Below are positions 1-6,670 of a stretch of 34,258 nt of DNA, one piece after another; within the stretch, counting starts at the first letter, position 1; the number at the start of each line of letters is the position of its first letter. The stretch covers positions 7,356-41,613 of the forward strand of contig CAKKRL010000057.1 in assembly GCA_919902655.1 (NCBI GenBank). Direction: 5' to 3'. The notes below the pieces were generated by a model, which saw only the letters and a program-made list of their open reading frames with translations, had not been told where the DNA came from and made no database searches. The position numbers and the translations under genes are program-made. The stretch is from Thermodesulfovibrionia bacterium. GTDB taxonomy: Bacteria; Nitrospirota; Thermodesulfovibrionia; JACRGW01.

Positions 1-216
1 CTGCCGCGCGTGCAGCATGTAGAGCACGGCGAACCACATGAAGAACCCTGCGATGGGCGCGGCCACCTCCGCACCGTCGGCAAAGAGCAGAAACGTTGGG
101 AACGGCTGCCGGAGGCAGAGGAGAACGTAGAATCCGGCGACCATGAGCGCGAGGACCGAGACACGAAAGACGCACCCCTTGGTGAAATCAAACACCCATT
201 TGCGTTTCTCGATCAT
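1..216 (-). CDS. 5' part of a membrane-protein gene (72 N-terminal codons; runs off the window start)
   Basis: My own reverse-strand reading: ATG at 216-214 preceded by GAGGA four nt upstream. Translation is MIEKRKWVFDFTKGCVFRVSVLALMVAGFYVLLCLRQPFPTFLLFADGAEVAAPIAGFFMWFAVLYMLHARQ, hydrophobic and open to position 1. It is absent from the ORF track because no stop lies in the window. It makes the listed plus ORF 10..258 unlikely. Confidence 0.4.
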   Translation of the reverse strand, partial: MIEKRKWVFDFTKGCVFRVSVLALMVAGFYVLLCLRQPFPTFLLFADGAEVAAPIAGFFMWFAVLYMLHARQ

Positions 217-243
217 TTCGTCCTCGCCCGCTCCAAACAGGCA

Positions 244-909
244 TCACTTCAGCGTTAACAGAACCTCGGGGAAATACCGCTTCTCGTCATAGGTCGAGTC
301 CTGCTCCTCGATGACGATGCGGACCGTCTGTCCCGAAGAGACGCCGATCTCCGAATAAGGGAAGGTAATCCCGACCTCCCTTTCCTTGATCGTCTCGTGC
401 GGTGATTTTGAAATCCAAAAGACGTCATGGATCCCCTTGCTCGATGTTTTTCCCTGTTCGTATTTTTCCGTGTTGTATCCAGACACGAACTCAGACGGCT
501 CGCTTCCCTTCAATCCGCCGCTGCATGCCATTCCACCATTTTGATACTTGATGCAGGCTGCCAGCCCAACCTTGTACTCAAAACCCGTGCTTTTACCCCA
601 GAAAAGCTTGCCGCCGGTCTTGGAATTGTTGTCGGTATCGAAGTGGAGGGTCAGCACGTCTCCCGCCAGGCCCTTTGTCAAGTAGTGAGAGATTTCATCC
701 TTCAATACCGCCTTGACGCGCAGATTCTTCCCATCGCTGTTGATAACGACTTTCACCACGTCCTTTCCTGGCCCTTTACTGTCGCTTTGCACGTCGCCCG
801 CCGCATCCTTCAACTCCACTGAGTGCCTGGCTTTTAGTGTCTCAGCAAAAGGCGCTTGTGATACGAAAACAAGCAAGAACATCACTATCCAAGAACTTGT
901 TCTACTCAT
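244..909 (-). CDS. Secreted hypothetical protein (signal peptide)
   Basis: The ORF 244..948 contains an internal ATG at 909 preceded by a strong GGAGG (reverse complement of 913-920). From that start the N-terminus MSRTSSWIVMFLLVFVSQAPFAETL looks like a Sec signal peptide. I recognise no family motif. Confidence 0.6.
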   Translation of the reverse strand: MSRTSSWIVMFLLVFVSQAPFAETLKARHSVELKDAAGDVQSDSKGPGKDVVKVVINSDGKNLRVKAVLKDEISHYLTKGLAGDVLTLHFDTDNNSKTGGKLFWGKSTGFEYKVGLAACIKYQNGGMACSGGLKGSEPSEFVSGYNTEKYEQGKTSSKGIHDVFWISKSPHETIKEREVGITFPYSEIGVSSGQTVRIVIEEQDSTYDEKRYFPEVLLTLK

Positions 910-1105
910 TTTTCCCCTCCTCTGCTTATAAGCTCCCATTTCCACCAATAGGTCCCTTTGGTGACAGTGCTATAAGACCCCCCTATTGGCCAAGATTTCA
1001 GGGCCTTTGCGTTATCGACTTTTTGTTAAGGAGTTTTATTTTTGGATTAGACCATACTTCTTAAAGTGCTGTCAAGAGATTATTTCTTGACAAAGGAGTT
1101 ATAAC

Positions 1106-1132
1106 GTGTTACTTTTGTTATAAAGGTAACAC
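1106..1132. promoter_or_regulatory. Candidate NikR operator: perfect inverted repeat GTGTTAC-N13-GTAACAC
   Basis: GTGTTAC at 1106-1112 and GTAACAC at 1126-1132 are exact reverse complements, ending 2 nt before the nikR ATG. A TTGACA hexamer lies at 1087-1092. A second inverted repeat, GTCAAGA-N7-TCTTGAC, lies at 1071-1091. Confidence 0.55.
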
Positions 1133-1133
1133 G

Positions 1134-1550
1134 ATGGGCATAAGACGGTTTGGAGTTTCACTGGACTCTTCCCTTCTTAAGGGCTTTGACAGCCTTATAG
1201 CAAGGAAGGGCTATGCTAATAGGAGTGAAGCCTTAAGGGATCTTATTAGGGATAGCCTTGTAAGGGAAGAATGGGAAGATGGCAATAGGGAGACAGTTGG
1301 CACTATTACCATAGTCTATTCCCACGATACACGGGAGCTTGTTGATGTCCTGACTGACCTCCAGCATAATTTCTATACCTCAATAATATCATCTCTGCAT
1401 ATCCATCTTGACGGGCATAACTGCCTCGAGGTCCTTGTTACTAAAGGTAAGGCGAAGGATATAAAGAAGATAGCCGATAAGCTTATTGGTACAAAGGGAG
1501 TAAAACACGGCAGGCTCTCACTCACAACAACAGGCAGAAACCTGAGATAA
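1134..1550 (+). CDS. nikR: Nickel-responsive transcriptional regulator NikR
   Basis: 138 aa. N-terminal ribbon-helix-helix ([36 protein letters not shown]). C-terminal metal site pattern H-x-H-x5-C ([13 protein letters not shown]) plus an upstream His (YSHD), the same spacing as the E. coli NikR high-affinity Ni site. Confidence 0.9.
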   Translation: MGIRRFGVSLDSSLLKGFDSLIARKGYANRSEALRDLIRDSLVREEWEDGNRETVGTITIVYSHDTRELVDVLTDLQHNFYTSIISSLHIHLDGHNCLEVLVTKGKAKDIKKIADKLIGTKGVKHGRLSLTTTGRNLR

Positions 1551-1573
1551 ATCCTCTATAGAAAGTGTATTAG

Positions 1574-2275
1574 ATGCATATACCTGATGGATACTTAGGG
1601 CCAATTACTTACGGCAGTCTCTGGGCGGCTATAATCCCTTTATGGGTTTATGCATCAAAGAAGATTAAGGAAACCATGAAGGCATCCCGGATACCCCTCC
1701 TTGCTATGGCATCGGCCTTCAGCTTTGTTATCATGATGTTTAATGTGCCTGTACCTGGAGGTACAACAGGACATGCAACTGGCTCAACACTGATTGCCAT
1801 ACTCATAGGGCCATGGGCTGCATCAATAGCTTTATCCATCGCCCTTATTATCCAGGCCATTGCATTCGGAGACGGCGGGATCACTGCTATAGGTGCAAAC
1901 TGTTTTAACATAGCCTTTGCAGGTGTGTTTGGAGGTTATGGGATATACAGGCTGATTTCAGGTTTTAATCCCCCCTCACCCCCCTTTATTAAAGGGGGGC
2001 AGGGGGGGATTAATAGTCACCTGATCGGTGCCGGGATCGGTGCATATATTGGGATCAATATTTCAGCATTACTTACAGCTATCGAACTCGGTATCCAGCC
2101 TTTAATTCATACAGGCGCTGACGGAAGTCCCCTTTATAGCCCTTTTCCTTTAAGCATTACCATACCTGCAATAATGATCGGAAATCTCTTGATATTCGGT
2201 ATTATAGAGGCAGTCGTTACTATTCTTGTATTAATCTATCTGAGGAAATCTCATCCTGAATTAATAAGGGGATAG
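1574..2275 (+). CDS. cbiM: ECF transporter substrate-capture component CbiM/NikM
   Basis: Begins MHIPDGYLGP, the hallmark Met1-His2 metal-ligand N-terminus of CbiM/NikM. Polytopic membrane protein of 233 aa. Carries an in-frame palindromic insert (see the repeat at 1966-2012). Confidence 0.9.
   Translation: MHIPDGYLGPITYGSLWAAIIPLWVYASKKIKETMKASRIPLLAMASAFSFVIMMFNVPVPGGTTGHATGSTLIAILIGPWAASIALSIALIIQAIAFGDGGITAIGANCFNIAFAGVFGGYGIYRLISGFNPPSPPFIKGGQGGINSHLIGAGIGAYIGINISALLTAIELGIQPLIHTGADGSPLYSPFPLSITIPAIMIGNLLIFGIIEAVVTILVLIYLRKSHPELIRG
1966..2012. repeat. C-run/G-run palindromic element, copy 1 (inside cbiM/nikM)
   Basis: TAATCCCCCCTCACCCCCCTTTATTAAAGGGGGGCAGGGGGGGATTA is an imperfect hairpin. 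It is translated in-frame as NPPSPPFIKGGQGGIN. Confidence 0.8.
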
Positions 2276-2277
2276 AA

Positions 2278-2640
2278 ATGGAAAATTCGAAATTCGAAAT
2301 CCGAAATCCGAAATTAAAAAATCTCTGGATATGGATTGGAATATTGATACTACTTGCTCCAATAGGGTTAATCCTGCCTGAGATATTTAAGGCAGGTGGT
2401 GCATGGGGTGAGTGGGGAGCAGATGAATCAGAGAAGATAATCGGCTATGTGCCTGATGGGCTTAAAAGACTCTCTAAACTATGGTCATCGCCAATCACTG
2501 ATTATACCTTTTCCGGATGGGAAACCGGGGTTAAGTCATATATAGGCTATATCCTTTCCGGGATCATAGGAGTTGCTCTTGTTATAGGGTTATCAATCCT
2601 TATCGGAAAATTTCTTGTGAGGAAGAATGGAAATACCTGA
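2278..2640 (+). CDS. PDGLE-domain small membrane component of the Ni/Co ECF system (CbiN/NikL-like)
   Basis: 120 aa with two hydrophobic segments flanking GYVPDGLKRL (the PDGL motif of the PDGLE domain). GGGGA Shine-Dalgarno sequence upstream. Lies between cbiM and cbiQ. Confidence 0.7.
   Translation: MENSKFEIRNPKLKNLWIWIGILILLAPIGLILPEIFKAGGAWGEWGADESEKIIGYVPDGLKRLSKLWSSPITDYTFSGWETGVKSYIGYILSGIIGVALVIGLSILIGKFLVRKNGNT
2281..2316. repeat. Heptamer tandem array GAAATTC/GAAATCC (about 5 units)
   Basis: gaaaattc gaaattc gaaatcc gaaatcc gaaatta, starting directly after the ATG at 2278. Translated as ENSKFEIRNPKLK. Confidence 0.85.
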
Positions 2641-3565
2641 GTGGTTGAAAAAACAGTCGGGAGTCGACAGTCGACAGTCGACAGTCATCAAGAGACCAAA
2701 AGAAAATTTCCTTGATAAGACCCTCAGGCATGTCCTCTCTTTCACAGAGGATATAATGTTTAATGAAACTGTTTCTGCTAAAAGAGGGATTCTTCAGGGT
2801 ATTGAACCGAGACTAAAGATACTCAGCCTCATAATATTCATAATCGTATTAAGCCTCCAGAGATCTATCGCAGGAATACTTATATTCCTCATAGTATCAT
2901 TATCCCTTATGTCCTTATCCGGAATACCCTTAACACTATTCCTTAAAAGACTCCTTCCTGTATTCCTGTTTACAACTATCATTGCCTTCCCTGCCTCATT
3001 CAGTTTTATCGTAAATGGAGACCCACTATTGTTTTTATATAGATCCGATGCACCTCATAATGTCGGACCAATAGAGATCCCGGCAGTAATCTCTCTGACA
3101 AGGCAGGGTGTCTTCAGCGCATTAACTTTGATATTTCGTGTCATAACCTCGGTCTCTATCTTATTCTTAATAACACTTACAACCCCTCCTAACAGGCTGA
3201 TAAAAACTATTACATATTTTATGCCGGGGACCCTGAAGTCAATAGTATCTGTAAGTTACAGATACATCTTCTTCCTTGTCCAGAAGGTTGAGCAGTTAAT
3301 AATGGGCATTAAATCGAGGAGCATCTCTGCAGTCAGCGTTCCTGTCCAGCAGAGATTGGTTGCATCAAGGATAGGTCTTTTATTTTCGCTGAGCTTGAGG
3401 CTTAGTAATGATCTTGAAAGGGCGATGGAGGCGAGAGGATATAACTACAAGTTTGAAGTTAAAAGTTCAAAGTTCAAAGTTAAAGATTTTTCAGGTGCAG
3501 ATACTATCTGGGTTATCGTAAGCATAATATTTGCGGGGGTGATGCTTTGGAAGTCTTTGGAATAA
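2627..3565 (+). CDS. cbiQ: ECF transporter T component CbiQ/NikQ (EcfT family)
   Basis: 312 aa, multi-TM. The core starts at GIEPRLKILSL. The C-terminal coupling motif is ERAMEARGY. GAGGAAG Shine-Dalgarno sequence before the ATG at 2627, which overlaps the previous gene by 14 nt. Confidence 0.85.
   Translation: MEIPEWLKKQSGVDSRQSTVIKRPKENFLDKTLRHVLSFTEDIMFNETVSAKRGILQGIEPRLKILSLIIFIIVLSLQRSIAGILIFLIVSLSLMSLSGIPLTLFLKRLLPVFLFTTIIAFPASFSFIVNGDPLLFLYRSDAPHNVGPIEIPAVISLTRQGVFSALTLIFRVITSVSILFLITLTTPPNRLIKTITYFMPGTLKSIVSVSYRYIFFLVQKVEQLIMGIKSRSISAVSVPVQQRLVASRIGLLFSLSLRLSNDLERAMEARGYNYKFEVKSSKFKVKDFSGADTIWVIVSIIFAGVMLWKSLE
2653..2687. repeat. Heptamer tandem array ACAGTCG (5 units; contains GTCGAC palindromes)
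   Basis: acagtcg ggagtcg acagtcg acagtcg acagtca. Translated as QSGVDSRQSTVI in the CbiQ N-terminal extension. Confidence 0.85.
3449..3485. repeat. Heptamer tandem array AAGTTCA-like (about 5 units)
   Basis: aagtttg aagttaa aagttca aagttca aagttaa. Translated as KFEVKSSKFKVK near the CbiQ C-terminus. Confidence 0.85.
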
Positions 3566-4581
3566 AAAATATTTCCTACACATATAAGGGTAGTAAGAAT
3601 GCAATCGATAATATCTCTTTTAATGTGAGAGATAGTGAAAGCATTACAATAATAGGAACGAATGGCTCAGGCAAATCAACACTCCTCTATCTTCTTGACG
3701 GTCTCATCGAACCAGAATCAGGCAGTCTCAGTGTATTCGGAAAAATAATAAGGAATGGTTTCCCTTCAGAGTTCAGGCAGAGGATAGCCCTTCTCTTCCA
3801 GAACCCGCAGGCACAGCTATTCTCTCTGAGTGTATGGGATGAGCTTTCATTTGGACCTGTGCAGATCGGCCTTGAGAAGGATGAGGTGGCTGGCAGGGTT
3901 GATGATCTTCTCAGACTCCTCGAAATCGAACATCTGAGGGACAGAGGTCCCTGGGATCTGAGTATGGGAGAAATGAAGAAGGTAGCACTCGGTACATGCC
4001 TGAGTATCAACCCCGATATCCTGCTATTAGATGAACCAACAAGCGGCCTTGACCCGAGGAGTCAGGTCGATGTGATCGACATGATCCAGAAACTCAGGGA
4101 ATCCGGAAAGACCATAATTACAGCCACCCATGACCTTGCCCTCATCGAAGATATATCTGATAGAACCCTTGTTCTCGGAGAAAATCATAATTTGCTCAGA
4201 GAGGGGACTCCTCATGAAATCCTGAAAGACAGAGAGGCTCTTCTTACTGCAAATCTCATTCATAAACATCCGCACAGGCATGCCTGGTTTATCCATGACC
4301 ATAGCCATTATGCAGAACACGAACATGAACATCTCGCTGAATCATACGATATAAATAATGCTATAAAGGAGGTTACCGGCAAAATGTCAGACATTGATAA
4401 AATCAAAAAGCTCCTTGAACACTGGATTGAACATAACAGGTCTCACAGGGATACCTATAAGGAATGGGCAGGGAAAATGGAGACCCTCCTCAAGGAAGAA
4501 GAGGCAAATATCCTTAAAAAAATAGTAGAAGAGACAGGAGAAATAGATAAACTATTTCTAAGACTCAAGGGGATACTCTGA
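3547..4581 (+). CDS. cbiO: ECF transporter ATPase CbiO/NikO with a His-rich C-terminal extension
   Basis: Walker A GTNGSGKST, signature LSMGEMKK, Walker B ILLLDEPTSGLD, H-loop ATHD. TTG start overlaps cbiQ by 19 nt. An extra stretch of about 110 aa begins with HKHPHRHAWFIHDHSHYAEHEHEH. Confidence 0.9.
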   Translation: MEVFGIKNISYTYKGSKNAIDNISFNVRDSESITIIGTNGSGKSTLLYLLDGLIEPESGSLSVFGKIIRNGFPSEFRQRIALLFQNPQAQLFSLSVWDELSFGPVQIGLEKDEVAGRVDDLLRLLEIEHLRDRGPWDLSMGEMKKVALGTCLSINPDILLLDEPTSGLDPRSQVDVIDMIQKLRESGKTIITATHDLALIEDISDRTLVLGENHNLLREGTPHEILKDREALLTANLIHKHPHRHAWFIHDHSHYAEHEHEHLAESYDINNAIKEVTGKMSDIDKIKKLLEHWIEHNRSHRDTYKEWAGKMETLLKEEEANILKKIVEETGEIDKLFLRLKGIL

Positions 4582-4587
4582 TATACT

Positions 4588-5016
4588 ATGGGAATATTTT
4601 CTGTAAGTCCTGCGAAGGAAAACACACTAAAAGCAAAAATGTATTCCCTGAACATCTATGAAAAGGATGTAGAGGAGTCGTTTGTTCGTTCAGGGGGGAG
4701 AGGCGGGCAGAAAGTAAATAAGGCCTCGACATGCGTTTATCTCAAACACATCCCGACCGGAATTGAGGTCAAATGCCAGAAGGAGAGGTCTCAGGCGCTG
4801 AACCGTTATCACGCAAGAGCGATACTTGTAAAGAAGATTGAGCAATTGATAAAAGGCAAGGAAAGCGAAGAGAGGCAGAGGATAGAGAAAATCCGCCGCC
4901 AGAAGAGAAAACGTTCAAGAAGGGCAAAAGAGAAAATCCTTGCAGAAAAGAAGATCGTATCCGAAAAGAAAAGGCTCCGTTCTTCCTTTTCTGATTTCAA
5001 AAAATCATATTTCTGA
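4588..5016 (+). CDS. Release-factor-like GGQ-domain protein (ArfB-like peptidyl-tRNA hydrolase architecture)
   Basis: SGGRGGQKVNKASTCVYLKHIPTGIEVKCQKERSQALNR is the class-I RF GGQ domain. It is followed by a Lys/Arg-rich tail. Starts 6 nt after the cbiO stop. Confidence 0.8.
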   Translation: MGIFSVSPAKENTLKAKMYSLNIYEKDVEESFVRSGGRGGQKVNKASTCVYLKHIPTGIEVKCQKERSQALNRYHARAILVKKIEQLIKGKESEERQRIEKIRRQKRKRSRRAKEKILAEKKIVSEKKRLRSSFSDFKKSYF

Positions 5017-5068
5017 AAAATTAGCAACAAGATTTAATGATCCCCCTTATTCCTTTCCCTTAAAGTAA

Positions 5069-5097
5069 TTGACAAAGAGATCGGTATGATGTAAAGT
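5069..5097 (+). promoter_or_regulatory. Sigma-70-type promoter for the toxin-antitoxin pair
   Basis: TTGACA (5069-5074), a 17-nt spacer, then TAAAGT (5092-5097). The direct repeat TAAAGTAAT occurs at 5061-5069 and 5092-5100 and could be an autoregulatory operator. Confidence 0.45.
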
Positions 5098-5113
5098 AAT
5101 ACCAGGGGTGCTT

Positions 5114-5356
5114 ATGGGAAAAACAAAAATTGCAATAACCTTGGATGAAAAATTTGTGGAAGAGATAGACCATCTCGTCGATAGGCATTTATTTCAAAAC
5201 CGCAGCCAGGCAATTCAGAATGCTGTAGAAGAAAAGCTTTCAAAAATGAAACGCACCCGTTTGGCCAAAGAATGCGCTAAGCTCGACAGGGCTTTTGAAA
5301 AGGCAATGGCAGAAGAAGGATTAGCTGAGGATTTGAGCAAATGGCCAGAATACTGA
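5114..5356 (+). CDS. Ribbon-helix-helix (CopG-type) antitoxin
   Basis: KIAITLDEKFVEEIDHLVDRHLFQNRSQAIQNAVEEKL is a typical RHH fold. The ORF track starts at GTG 5108; I prefer ATG 5114. The 3' end overlaps the toxin gene. Confidence 0.75.
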   Translation: MGKTKIAITLDEKFVEEIDHLVDRHLFQNRSQAIQNAVEEKLSKMKRTRLAKECAKLDRAFEKAMAEEGLAEDLSKWPEY

Positions 5357-5679
5357 GGGGCGATATCAGATGGGCTGACTTGAACCCTGTGAGGGGTCGT
5401 GAGCAGGCAGGCTTACGGCCCGTTTTGATTTTAAGCCACGACATTTTTAATGAACGTTCTGGAACTGTTATCGCGGTAGCTATTACGAGTAAACCACAAC
5501 GAGCAGGTTTTCCACTTACTATTGAATTAAAGACTGAGGATTTGCCCAAACGATCATGGGTCAAAATAAGTCAGATTCGGACGCTTTCTGTTGAGAGGAT
5601 TGGAAAAATGATTGGCAAGGCATCTCCAGAGGAACTGGATCAGGTTATTGAAGGACTTAACGAAATAATAGGGGCATAG
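5341..5679 (+). CDS. mazF: MazF/PemK-family endoribonuclease toxin
   Basis: RGDIRWADLNPVRGREQAGLRPVLILSHDIFNERSGTVIAVAITS is the canonical PemK/MazF N-terminal half. 112 aa. Confidence 0.9.
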   Translation: MARILRGDIRWADLNPVRGREQAGLRPVLILSHDIFNERSGTVIAVAITSKPQRAGFPLTIELKTEDLPKRSWVKISQIRTLSVERIGKMIGKASPEELDQVIEGLNEIIGA

Positions 5680-5827
5680 CAAATCACTCGTGCGAATAGC
5701 ATTCCGCCACCGCACACTTCGGGCGTTATGCACATTACAACCAGCAATCAATAAGTTTTAATCGTAGTCAATTTTGCGTACTTGTAGGTATAATACTTAG
5801 AATTAATTTCTTTCAATACTTATATCT

Positions 5828-6670
5828 CTACACTATTTTATTCTCGAGCTCTTTTCTCATCACATCTACAGGTGGTTCCTGGCCTGTCCAGATCTTGAAG
5901 GAAAGGGCGCCCTGATAGAGGAGCATACCGAGACCTCCCAGTGTCTTTGCACCTCTTTTCTTTGCTTCTTTAAGAAGGGGCGTCTCAGGAGGGTTATAGA
6001 CGATATCATAGACAATCAGCCCTTGTGAAAGTAACTCAGGCAAAACTGGAAGAGGGTCTTCTTTCTTCATTCCAAGTGGAGTGGCATTGATCAGAATATC
6101 GACATCTCCTATCCTATCTTTTAAATCCTTTATGTATATTGCCTCTGCGGATATCTTGTTACTTATTGCGGATGAAAGTTCTTTTGCCTTTTCCTCTATA
6201 ATATCCTTTATAAATATCTTTCCCGCACCTTCGATTGCAAGTGTGAAGGCTATTGCCCTTGCCGCACCTCCTGCCCCAATAATCATTATCTTCTTTCCCC
6301 TCGGATCTATTCTTCCATCTTCCCTGAGAGACCTCACAAACCCTCTCCCATCAGTGTTATAGCCTATTAACCTCTTCTCTTTATTAAGCACCGTATTTAC
6401 CGCCCCTATTAGTTCAGCCTCTCTGTCAAGTTCATCAAGATAAGGTATTATCGCCTCTTTATGGGGTATGGTGATATTCACACCCTGCAGGCTGAGTGCC
6501 TTAATCGAATTGATAGCTGTCTTAAGATTCTCAGGGCGAACCCTGAATGGAATATAACAGTAATCAAGCCCCATAGCCTCAAAGGCCGCATTATGCATGT
6601 ATGGGGACAGGGTATGCTCCACAGGATAACCGAATATTCCGATAATCTTTGTCTTACCTGTGATCATCAT
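5828..6670 (-). CDS. aroE: Shikimate dehydrogenase
   Basis: TLSPYMHNAAF, NTDGRGF and IIGAGGAARA (NADP site) motifs. 280 aa. Confidence 0.9.
   Translation of the reverse strand: MMITGKTKIIGIFGYPVEHTLSPYMHNAAFEAMGLDYCYIPFRVRPENLKTAINSIKALSLQGVNITIPHKEAIIPYLDELDREAELIGAVNTVLNKEKRLIGYNTDGRGFVRSLREDGRIDPRGKKIMIIGAGGAARAIAFTLAIEGAGKIFIKDIIEEKAKELSSAISNKISAEAIYIKDLKDRIGDVDILINATPLGMKKEDPLPVLPELLSQGLIVYDIVYNPPETPLLKEAKKRGAKTLGGLGMLLYQGALSFKIWTGQEPPVDVMRKELENKIV

Noticed and set aside
10-258. Listed plus-strand ORF of 82 aa (MQHVEHGEPHEEP...)
   Set aside because: It is charged and low-complexity with no ribosome-binding site. The opposite strand gives a hydrophobic membrane-protein N-terminus with a GAGGA Shine-Dalgarno sequence and stays open to the window edge, so this ORF is most likely a GC-rich shadow frame.
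949-1133. Expected cobalamin riboswitch upstream of a cbiM-type transporter
   Set aside because: I could not recognise a B12-box-like element. The region instead carries a NikR-type inverted repeat and the operon begins with nikR, so nickel/NikR control is the better reading. An 8-bp inverted repeat, CCAATAGG (945-952) / CCTATTGG (982-989), was noted but is too weak to call.
5789-5794. TATAAT hexamer in the MazF/aroE convergent gap that might drive an antisense or small RNA
   Set aside because: There is no acceptable -35 or TG extension at proper spacing and no downstream plus-strand gene or structure. A single hexamer in AT-rich DNA is expected by chance.
5680-5827. Search for rho-independent terminators at operon ends (5680-5827, 11704-11730, 19265-19300, 20454-20480, 33895-33930)
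   Set aside because: I found only 4-5-bp stems without following T-tracts. None was convincing enough to annotate.
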